From assembly GCA_004431415.1 (NCBI GenBank), contig QPMI01000533.1, positions 186,001 to 250,000 of the forward strand: DNA of 64,000 nucleotides. The letters are read 5' to 3'. Under the pieces are notes generated by a model. The model made no database searches, was not told where the DNA came from, and saw only the letters and a program-made list of their open reading frames with translations. This document shows, in pieces, positions 49,189-57,148 of the stretch. The first letter of the stretch is position 1, and each line of letters starts with the position of its first letter. The translations under genes and the position numbers were made by a program. The DNA is from Cyanophora paradoxa CCMP329 (taxonomy: Eukaryota; Plantae; Glaucophyta).

Positions 49189-49450
49189 CAACGCATTGTT
49201 GGAGAGACTCTAGCAGCGCTAACTTTTCGTAAATTCGATTGCGATAGCGGCGATTGGCTTCTAAATGATTCTCGCTGTTGTTCTGCTGGTATTTCGAACT
49301 GGCTTCAATGTGTCGTCGGCGAAATTCCGGATCTTCATTGTAACGACGGCGATGATTTTCAGCACGCTTTGCTTTTCGTGCCGCAGCAATTTCAGGGGTG
49401 ACAACAATTGGTTTGCGACCTCGCTGTTTAGGTGATGATTCAGCATCCAT
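49175..49450 (-). CDS. Small basic helical protein, putative DNA-binding
   Basis: MDAESSPKQRGRKP...RKAKRAENHRRRY...RRYRNRIYEKL; 91 aa from the ATG at 49450. Confidence 0.65.
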   Translation of the reverse strand: MDAESSPKQRGRKPIVVTPEIAAARKAKRAENHRRRYNEDPEFRRRHIEASSKYQQNNSENHLEANRRYRNRIYEKLALLESLQQCVVIAL

Positions 49451-49560
49451 CTTTGCGTGTTTTCTCGTCACAAACAAGGTGCGAAATCTTTTTATGGCAT
49501 AAATCGCAGGTTTGTGTTGCGTTAAATTCCGAACATAAAATCCGAGATATAATTCAAATA

Positions 49561-49839
49561 ATGGACGCAGACAAGCAGCGTCGCTGCGCCGCAGGAACAA
49601 TTCGATTTGGAAAATATAAAGGTGAAACTCATCTTAAAGTAGTTTTTAGCGACCCAAAATATGCTGAATGGTTATTGTCTTTGCCGCATCTGCGAGAGTA
49701 TGACAAACGTGAATTTCAGCGCGCTTTTGAGATATGTCAATTAGAAGAACCAGCGGTAGTTCAGGAAAGGATTGATCGAGCAAAACAGCAAAGAAGACCT
49801 ACTGTGGAGGATCTAACAGATTTGCCTGATTTCGATTAG
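49561..49839 (+). CDS. Small protein with an FGKYKG motif (DUF3820 / exonuclease X C-terminal-like)
   Basis: IRFGKYKGE...DPKYAEWLL matches the recalled FGKYKG...YxxW pattern. Confidence 0.65.
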   Translation: MDADKQRRCAAGTIRFGKYKGETHLKVVFSDPKYAEWLLSLPHLREYDKREFQRAFEICQLEEPAVVQERIDRAKQQRRPTVEDLTDLPDFD

Positions 49840-49898
49840 GCAATGCGTTTGCAAGTCTTAAAGAAATATCAATCCGATATTGTAAAAAGTGAAAGACA

Positions 49899-50510
49899 AT
49901 GGGAGGACACAACTATTTCGGCACACTTGCTCCAAGAGGTCTCTTTAGCACTTCAGATTATAGGGAGGCCACAGAGTCTAGTGATGAGGAAGTTTGTGAG
50001 GTGCGCAGACGTGTTCGCTCTATTCTTTGCAGAGATTGCAATGATGTCTGTGAAAATGAAGCAATGTGGAATCGAAATAACAACAAGTGTCACGAATGTT
50101 TTGAAAAGCAGTTTGACAAGATTATAACCTCATATGCAGGGGAAACGAGAGAGAAGCAGGAATACGGATGCTTTGATAAGATTTCAATTGTCCGAGAAGC
50201 ACGTTTGAAGTGTGCGAAGTGCAATGAATTTACGAGTTGGATACCTCAGCAAGAGCTGATGCAATACAGTGAAAAAGTAGTTTGGAACTGTAACCAGTGC
50301 AATCCATCTACGCCGTGGCTGAAGTTCAGATTTATCGTGTGGTATTGGGTGCCAAATCTAAAGAAAATCATGAAAAATGGAAGGCATGTCTGGGTATTAG
50401 CGAAAATGGATGAAATGAAACACAAATGTGGATGTTCCAAGTGTGTGGATGCAAATACTGTTGATCGATGTGTCACAGACGAATCCGTCTCCCACCCATC
50501 GCTCCCTTAA
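49899..50510 (+). CDS. Cys-rich, putative zinc-binding protein
   Basis: CxxC pairs CRDC, CHEC, CAKC, CNQC and CGCSKC; 203 aa. Confidence 0.7.
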   Translation: MGGHNYFGTLAPRGLFSTSDYREATESSDEEVCEVRRRVRSILCRDCNDVCENEAMWNRNNNKCHECFEKQFDKIITSYAGETREKQEYGCFDKISIVREARLKCAKCNEFTSWIPQQELMQYSEKVVWNCNQCNPSTPWLKFRFIVWYWVPNLKKIMKNGRHVWVLAKMDEMKHKCGCSKCVDANTVDRCVTDESVSHPSLP

Positions 50511-51102
50511 TCTGTGAGCTCGTTGAATTGGCTTCAGAAACATTGGGTGTAGCTGGCTTTACAGCTGCATCATCAAGAGCTTGTGAAGCCTTCTCTTTTT
50601 CGTTTTTGAGATAGCGTAAATCTGGTACGTCCATAGGTCTATGTTTAAACATCTCGCTGCGCAACATCTCGCGGATCTTCGCTCTCTCTTGCTTCTCTTT
50701 TACATACGATTCGATATTAGCCGATCGAGCCTCGAGATCTCGCAATTTAGCTGTTAGTTCCTCGATTTGACTCTTTGATACTGTTGCTGTCTTTATTTTT
50801 GGACCGGAGTATCTAGGCTCAGACGCCATGGCTTGGATAATTCTAGCAGCATCATCATCGATATCAGACTGCATTTCAGTTACAGTTTTGACCTGGCTTT
50901 GTCGGTCGTCAATCGCACTGGCGTTCGCTGCTGCAGAGGCAATTGTTTTAGCGACTGGCGCATTTAGGCGGGGGTCACTAGCTAGTTCACCACTAGGATT
51001 AGCAACAGCTGCGCCTTCAGTCGACCCACTTTCAACTAGTGGTTCAACAACATTGACCTTGCGTCTTTCACGATATCCCTTTTTAGGAATGCCTCTACCC
51101 AT
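50473..51102 (-). CDS. Hypothetical viral protein with basic N-terminus and coiled-coil segment
   Basis: 209-aa ORF in tandem with the ATPase, with an A/T-rich leader. IEELTAKLRDLEARSANIE is coiled-coil-like. Confidence 0.7.
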   Translation of the reverse strand: MGRGIPKKGYRERRKVNVVEPLVESGSTEGAAVANPSGELASDPRLNAPVAKTIASAAANASAIDDRQSQVKTVTEMQSDIDDDAARIIQAMASEPRYSGPKIKTATVSKSQIEELTAKLRDLEARSANIESYVKEKQERAKIREMLRSEMFKHRPMDVPDLRYLKNEKEKASQALDDAAVKPATPNVSEANSTSSQIKGAMGGRRIRL

Positions 51103-51111
51103 CTTATTAAT

Positions 51112-51858
51112 TTAAGATAAGATTTTAAAACGCCTCTTTTTAGAGACAACAGGCGAAGAATCTTCGGTCTTACGTTCTTCTTCATTCTTAAGCCATTTAG
51201 AGAAGCGAAAACTCTTATCTTCAACGGCTTTGTCAACGTACCAGGCCGTATCGTACTTGGTCCCATCCAGGACTAGGCACTGATAATCATGCGCCCAAGT
51301 CTCGAACAAGGCGATGAACTTATCTTTTGGGAGATGACTGAACTCTCTATAGATCGCCTCGAGCTCGGTATGATTAGAATAACTAAAGAAAAAGCAGTAA
51401 TCGCTGTTTGATCTTATAGATTGACTAAGAGCTGTTAGCTTTTGCGTCATAAGAATCGTACTTATATTAAAATGGCGGCCCTGCGTAAAAAGTCGATTTA
51501 CAGCCTTGCTGTTTCGCAGATCAACAGTTTCAGAGGCGGCAACTAGATCGTCCAATACAAGCAATATCTGCGGTGCTTTCTCTTTGTTTTCGATCAACTT
51601 TCGCTGTGAATCAATGATTTCTGCAACTATGGCGGGTTGAAAATCGTCGTAAAGCTCTTTAGTTATTGCAGAGTATTCACCATTGAATTTGGTGGCAGTG
51701 AAAACGACGACTCGGTTGATCTTTGGATACAGCAGTCGAAGCAGATGCTTTGTGCAATAGAACGATTTGCCGCTATTAGACTTTGAAATAAACAGGGCCT
51801 TAAAGGGGACCCTCATATCTCGCGGCTGGAACTTTGCAAGTTCTTGAGACTCATCCAT
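51112..51858 (-). CDS. A32/FtsK-like genome packaging ATPase
   Basis: Walker A-like SKSNSGKS, Walker B ILLVLDD, arginine-finger GRHFNIS, MTQ and IRSN motifs. Confidence 0.93.
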   Translation of the reverse strand: MDESQELAKFQPRDMRVPFKALFISKSNSGKSFYCTKHLLRLLYPKINRVVVFTATKFNGEYSAITKELYDDFQPAIVAEIIDSQRKLIENKEKAPQILLVLDDLVAASETVDLRNSKAVNRLFTQGRHFNISTILMTQKLTALSQSIRSNSDYCFFFSYSNHTELEAIYREFSHLPKDKFIALFETWAHDYQCLVLDGTKYDTAWYVDKAVEDKSFRFSKWLKNEEERKTEDSSPVVSKKRRFKILS

Positions 51859-51909
51859 CAAAAAATTAACTACTGAAACTCGCAGGCGAACACAACCGCG
51901 ACACTTCGA

Positions 51910-53298
51910 CTAGAGGTTCACCTTACGAAGACCCGCAGCATCAACAATTAGGACAGTGTGCAGGAGAGCGCGAATTTGGACGTAAATCTTGTTGTTTGCA
52001 TCGTAAGCAGCAGGGTTCATGATATTCAGGAAGCAGCTACTCGAGTTCGTCAGATCCACGAAACCAGTTTGAGCTGCGTTTCGGATCGATTTATCTCCAC
52101 TAATGCAAAATGGCAATCCAGTTAGCACGTACCTATTCATAGGAGCGTCGAGATTCGAGCACTTGAACACATCAGCAATGAGCTCAGCACCTTGAAGGAG
52201 TGGCACAGGCTCGTTAGAATAAAGTCGCTGGCCATTCAATTCGCAGGAAATAGTTATGTCACGAGCATTGGCCTCAGTTTTAAGGACACTGTGTTTTCCA
52301 TCAGTTTGGTTCATATTTGTCTGCTTGCGAATGCTAACAAATAGGCCATAGCAGAGTCCACTGATCTGTGACAGATTAATCCGGGTGGGTGCACCTGCAC
52401 CTGCATAGGTAATTGAATCAGCATCAACCCAACCAACTTCAGTTGCAGGAATGGCAATCCCCGAAGATTTGACTTTCTCAATCACCTGGGCAAAAGTGGC
52501 CTCATCAACGTTGATGCAGTGAGCTATAATCTTTGGATTCGATAGCTCGGGATTGGCAGGAGTGACAGTGAGGACATTGGGGGTTATATTCTGGCCAATG
52601 TTTGCAGGGGATGCAGCGGCAGCGCCTACGCTCCCGAGTCCATCATCTTTAGAGGCATCACCGTTTGCGGCATATTCTGCTACAAACCTACCACCATAGC
52701 TGGTCTCAACGAAGCCCTGGGCACGGTCACGGAACCAAACCTCCACAGACACCTCGCCCGATAGCGCACCAATTGGAAGCACTGAGCCCTCCCAGGGGCA
52801 GGGGATCTTTACACTGAAAATACCTCCAGCGCGATTGCTCCCCTGAGGTGGTGTTCCATGGAGCCAGCCACCGGATCGGTACTTCTTTTTAAGCTGAGCA
52901 TCATCATTGAAAATCAGAGCGCTGTGAACAAGCCAGTCCTCAGGGACGATGTAGCTGTAGGAAGCATATTTGATTTCAATTCGCTTTACAAGAGCACCAA
53001 CAGACCGCAGATACCCAGTGCGAACCAGGTCAGTGTCACCAGTAAATGCAGTCAGCTCTGGAAGGGTAAACTGGAGTTCGAGCCCCTGAAGGAAATTGTA
53101 GCGGGGCAGGAAATAAGTAACCCTCTTTCCGAAGCAGTCTCCATAGTCATTGCTTGGGTTGACAACAACACGCACAGGCTTTGTTTGGCTGGTTAGACCT
53201 AACATAAGCTCATTGTTCATGAAGAAGTCCTTTGCTTCCTGAGGTGTCGTGAGGAGCTCTTTGAGGCCGAGCCGCTGCAAATTTTGAGTAACATCCAT
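51910..53298 (-). CDS. Major capsid protein (double jelly-roll, putative)
   Basis: 462 aa, beta-rich, located between ATPase and penton. Motifs LELQFTLPEL, LVKRIEIK...EDWL, ELNGQRL and LPFCI...TGFVDL resemble NCLDV/PLV MCP strands. Confidence 0.85.
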   Translation of the reverse strand: MDVTQNLQRLGLKELLTTPQEAKDFFMNNELMLGLTSQTKPVRVVVNPSNDYGDCFGKRVTYFLPRYNFLQGLELQFTLPELTAFTGDTDLVRTGYLRSVGALVKRIEIKYASYSYIVPEDWLVHSALIFNDDAQLKKKYRSGGWLHGTPPQGSNRAGGIFSVKIPCPWEGSVLPIGALSGEVSVEVWFRDRAQGFVETSYGGRFVAEYAANGDASKDDGLGSVGAAAASPANIGQNITPNVLTVTPANPELSNPKIIAHCINVDEATFAQVIEKVKSSGIAIPATEVGWVDADSITYAGAGAPTRINLSQISGLCYGLFVSIRKQTNMNQTDGKHSVLKTEANARDITISCELNGQRLYSNEPVPLLQGAELIADVFKCSNLDAPMNRYVLTGLPFCISGDKSIRNAAQTGFVDLTNSSSCFLNIMNPAAYDANNKIYVQIRALLHTVLIVDAAGLRKVNL

Positions 53299-53368
53299 CG
53301 ATTTATATAATTGCAGTGAAAGAAAATAATTCTAGCGCTTCGCCAAGACTCGCTTGCGTGTCGCAGAC

Positions 53369-54325
53369 TCAGTTTGACGAATTGATCCAAGGATATGTTT
53401 TTGACCTTTTCTGGAGCTGAAGTTTTGCAAGTTCGTAGACAACATCACCATTGGGTTCGTCAGGACCATAACGAATTTCGAGAATAAATGACACAGGAGC
53501 TCCATTTAAATCAGCGATTCGCTGCATAAAATCGTAAATCTCAATAGTCACAGAGTAGAGGTCCAGCTTTGAATAAACATACTTATACAAAGGAGTTGCT
53601 TCAGTTGAATCATAGTAGGCTGTCTCTCCTGGACGGAGGACACTTGGAATGCTAATTTTGGCAAAGAAGCCAGGAATTGAAGTATTGGGCATACTGACAA
53701 GGTCACCAATTTCAGGAATGCGTAGGAGCACATGATCATCGGGAGTGACATCGGGTTCATAAGAGCCCTCTATATATTGAACATCGACAGTTAAATCCTT
53801 AGACCGAATCGGTAGAATTGATCTCAGCCCTAGAAGCTTTGCAGTTCGCTGAGCCCTTGCAACAGCCTGGTAGTTTCTGACTTCCCGCCCACCCTGGTTC
53901 GGTGCCAAAATCAGAGCAATAAAGAACTCGAAGTTAGCTGTGAACCCTATTAATTTAACCGCTGAATTATACGTGCACGTGATACCAGTCCCCGTCAACC
54001 TTTCGTTTATCTTTGTCACAAGCGAGGTGACGTCGTAATTTCCAGGTGGAATTGCAATGTTATTCCACGCTCCAAAGCCTGGCTGAGGTGGGTCGGGTCC
54101 CTCATTTGCAGGATCATATTTGCACCAATATATATAGGTGTCAAACACTAAATCCTCTGCTGGATCGAGTACATCAATTGTGCTCATTGTGTTGGGGATC
54201 TCAGCTGATACCAAGCGCACGGCTTTCACATCCTGATAAACTTTAGGCAGTCTTACTTTAAATTTCGAGGTGGATGTCAGCTCCTCCGCTTGGTGACTTG
54301 CAATGCAGACGTAGTCCGTCGGCAT
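53369..54325 (-). CDS. Minor capsid (penton-like) protein 1
   Basis: FKVRLP..YQDVKAVRLVSAEIPNT, IPPGNY and C-terminal VTIEIYD...DLNGAPVSFILEI, typical of the single-jelly-roll mCP family. Confidence 0.85.
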   Translation of the reverse strand: MPTDYVCIASHQAEELTSTSKFKVRLPKVYQDVKAVRLVSAEIPNTMSTIDVLDPAEDLVFDTYIYWCKYDPANEGPDPPQPGFGAWNNIAIPPGNYDVTSLVTKINERLTGTGITCTYNSAVKLIGFTANFEFFIALILAPNQGGREVRNYQAVARAQRTAKLLGLRSILPIRSKDLTVDVQYIEGSYEPDVTPDDHVLLRIPEIGDLVSMPNTSIPGFFAKISIPSVLRPGETAYYDSTEATPLYKYVYSKLDLYSVTIEIYDFMQRIADLNGAPVSFILEIRYGPDEPNGDVVYELAKLQLQKRSKTYPWINSSN

Positions 54326-54352
54326 CTTTTTTATATCAGTTAGAGAATAAAA

Positions 54353-55248
54353 ATGCGGCTTACCTTTGACAGTAGAGACAGAAGGCCAATCGATTCAGAG
54401 GCAAACTTTGTGCTCGAAATCAATGAACCTATAATCAATCCAGTTGCTGTTCGACTTACCCAGTGTGAGTTCGCAAATAGCCTTTACACGAGCATTAAAG
54501 ATGAGTATCTTTCGATCACCTTTCCTTATATTGGAACAGAAAATGTGGAGGTTTTTGAGCCAGGCATAATTACGACTGCAAATTATGGAGAGACAGATCT
54601 TTTCAACTTCGGCCTCTCGTTTAATATTAGGCTAGAAGGGATCTCAATCGCATATTTCAAATTGTTTCGGGACCCAGAGACACTGAAGATGTCTGCCTAT
54701 TGCAACCGTTCCTGCACACTGACCTGCCAGTTCAAAGCTCTATCGAACCTGCTGGGGCTGAACCGAAATGAGTCCCTCCAGCTGTCTCCTATCGTGCTTG
54801 AAGGGGGCAAAGACCAGCAACTGCAGCTGAGCGGTATCTCGAGGTTGCTGGCATTCCAGTTACACCTGCTCACCCTGAGTATGGCATTGATTTCACCGGA
54901 AGAATGCGGAGTGAGCCACTTGGTTATGCTGTCGAATTTCCAAAGATAATCGACATGAACAGCGACCAGTACCTCTTCCTTGTCTGCGAAGAGCTACGGC
55001 CATTTGCTTCAAAGCTTCGCCGTGGGGCCAAAACAATGTGCAACTACGGGCTTGCTCGAATCCAGATGAGCCAGGATGTTGGCAAGTTCGTTTATATAAA
55101 TCAGGAAAATGAAGAATGGATCCCCATCGAAGAGCGTCTTGTGCTGACTTCCTTGCGACTGCACATTGTAGACAGAGATGGTGATGATGTATCACTGAAC
55201 GGCCTGCCTTGGTCTGGGGAACTGCAGTTCATTACTAGGGAAAGCTGA
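54353..55248 (+). pseudogene. Minor capsid (penton-like) protein 2, split by a 1-nt frameshift (mutation, slippage or sequencing error)
   Basis: N-half FDSRDR...VAVRLTQCEFANSLY and C-half LRLHIVDRDGDDVSLNGLPWSGELQF are in different frames. One extra G in the G5 run at 54803-54807 restores a 298-aa ORF. Confidence 0.75.
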
Positions 55249-55314
55249 TTTGAAAAGTTGCAGACAAGCCAAAGGGCTCCGCCCCGTTTTATTTCTTGGC
55301 ACAATATATAAAAA

Positions 55315-55647
55315 ATGTCGCAGTTGATGCCTTTAGCTCAGATTGAAAAGTACTTGCCGTTGATGCGGGACAAAAAAGTATCACTTGTTGCGATTGGAGA
55401 TAAGCCAAGCACACAAACAAACATAGGTTTTCTGCAAGCTTACCGCCGATTCGGTCCTGACGGAATCAAAAAGGAGCTCGCAACCAAAAACACAACTTGG
55501 TATCAGCGAAGAGAGAATTACATTAAGAGGCGACTGGGAGGGCGTAATGGAGCACCATTTTGGGAGAAAGATAAATCTGGCAGAACTATTCCAACACGTC
55601 TTGGACTCTCTCTGATTTCCTGGGCATTCATGCCGCCGCCTAATTAA
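55315..55647 (+). CDS. Small basic viral hypothetical protein
   Basis: 110 aa preceded by TATATAAAAA. Motifs GFLQAYRR, W..RRENYIKR and PTR..LSLISWAF.P recall a small large-DNA-virus family that I cannot name. Confidence 0.75.
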   Translation: MSQLMPLAQIEKYLPLMRDKKVSLVAIGDKPSTQTNIGFLQAYRRFGPDGIKKELATKNTTWYQRRENYIKRRLGGRNGAPFWEKDKSGRTIPTRLGLSLISWAFMPPPN

Positions 55648-57124
55648 TGTAACGTCCCCGGAAATCAAGCCGGAACGCATTTACATTTATAAATTCGTTT
55701 GTTATAATTTGCACATAGTTATACACCTGTGGGGTGATCAAATGCGAGTCACTATGCATTAGATCGAAGCCTGTCATAGATGGGTTTGCAGCAAGCACAT
55801 TTGCTAGGACCGTATTTTCAAAAAGCCTCCCATCTTGGACATATCCTAAGTTGGTCAGAATGCTGAAATTAAATAGGACTCCGGCAGCAAAGGCTGGCCC
55901 ATACATAATGATTTGATGTAGCTCAAAAGGCTTGGGAAACTCGACTTTGATCCAGGGATTAGGTAAAGTGCCACCCTGAAACCCTGTCGAGTTAGGCCGC
56001 ACGTGAGAAGGTGGGTGCAATTCCTCAAAGTCGTTGCTTGTGATGTTTGCATCTGGAATTATAAACCAGTTGACATCAAATGGAGGCTCAACTGTTAAGG
56101 TAGACGATATGACAAGTCTCTCATCGTTCAGTAGGTCGTAGTTCGCCAATAGAAAGCTGCAGAGTGCATTTATTTTGTTACTGATTTCGGTTTGTTTCAG
56201 CCATAAATCAGTCGTGGAAATCAAATAAGAAATATTCGAAGGCGAGGCATCATCAAGCTTGCTCATGACTGCAGCTGGCAGCGGAACACTTAAACGCCAG
56301 TACCTAGTTAGATTCCTATCTGCATCAACTGGAAGCAGCTCCTGCATTTGAAAGTGCGATTCCAGCTCGCTCCCAGCCATTAGCATAGAAATAATTGGGC
56401 TGCCTGAGAGGGATAGGATCCAGCCCAGGGCGCCCCAGCCTGACGTCTCCGCATTTGAAAAGCCTGCAGTCAGTTGCTCACTGGCTTGGACCTCACCACA
56501 GCTTATGCTCACAAGAACAATTGGATCCTCTGCATCGTATATTTTACTGGCGTGGCTGAGCGCAGCAACTGAGGGATTATTCAAACAGGCGATAGCCCCG
56601 TCAACAAGGTTTTTGTCTCCTAGCATCTTGGGTGGAAAGAATGTGGGCGCTGCAGAAGATGCTCTAACTGCATCACGAATCAGTGTGCTTGAATACGGCC
56701 CATCCTTGGTAAAGACTACGGGCTGCATCCGAACTGTATCAAACGCTGTAATTAATATGTCTTTTGTCGATTCTGCAATTGTGTAGTCCAGGGCAACGTC
56801 TGTGAGCACCGACTCTAGAGGGTTTGCATCATAGCGGCTTCCTGAGAGCAAGCTTGTCAGTGATCTCGGATTTGCGAATATTACTGGCAGGTTCGTTTTA
56901 TATAGACTCAAGATATCACCTGCAGAATATCGGTAAGCGAGAACAGAGCCTGGAGTTGATTGGATAGCCAAACCGGCCGCTATTATTGCCCCTGTCGAGG
57001 TGCCTGCAAAGAAATCAAACAGCTGTGGAATTGCTTTCCCAGTAATCGCCTCGATCCGCTGTAGAATTCGGGCAATGACTATGCCACGAGCACCTCCACC
57101 TGATAGTGAGAGAATGACCTTCAT
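55640..57124 (-). CDS. Patatin-like phospholipase with C-terminal beta-sandwich extension
   Basis: LSGGGARG oxyanion loop, GTSTG nucleophile elbow, ASSAAPTFFP and DGA..NNP. True start is likely MKVILSL at 57124. Confidence 0.93.
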   Translation of the reverse strand: MKVILSLSGGGARGIVIARILQRIEAITGKAIPQLFDFFAGTSTGAIIAAGLAIQSTPGSVLAYRYSAGDILSLYKTNLPVIFANPRSLTSLLSGSRYDANPLESVLTDVALDYTIAESTKDILITAFDTVRMQPVVFTKDGPYSSTLIRDAVRASSAAPTFFPPKMLGDKNLVDGAIACLNNPSVAALSHASKIYDAEDPIVLVSISCGEVQASEQLTAGFSNAETSGWGALGWILSLSGSPIISMLMAGSELESHFQMQELLPVDADRNLTRYWRLSVPLPAAVMSKLDDASPSNISYLISTTDLWLKQTEISNKINALCSFLLANYDLLNDERLVISSTLTVEPPFDVNWFIIPDANITSNDFEELHPPSHVRPNSTGFQGGTLPNPWIKVEFPKPFELHQIIMYGPAFAAGVLFNFSILTNLGYVQDGRLFENTVLANVLAANPSMTGFDLMHSDSHLITPQVYNYVQIITNEFINVNAFRLDFRGRYIN

Positions 57125-57148
57125 TTTTAAAAGGGGGCTTATATAAAA
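57125..57148. promoter_or_regulatory. 24-bp bidirectional AT-rich spacer/promoter between patatin and fibre genes
   Basis: TTTTAAAAGGGGGCTTATATAAAA separates two divergent ATGs. The TATATAAA motif recurs before other structural genes. Confidence 0.5.
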
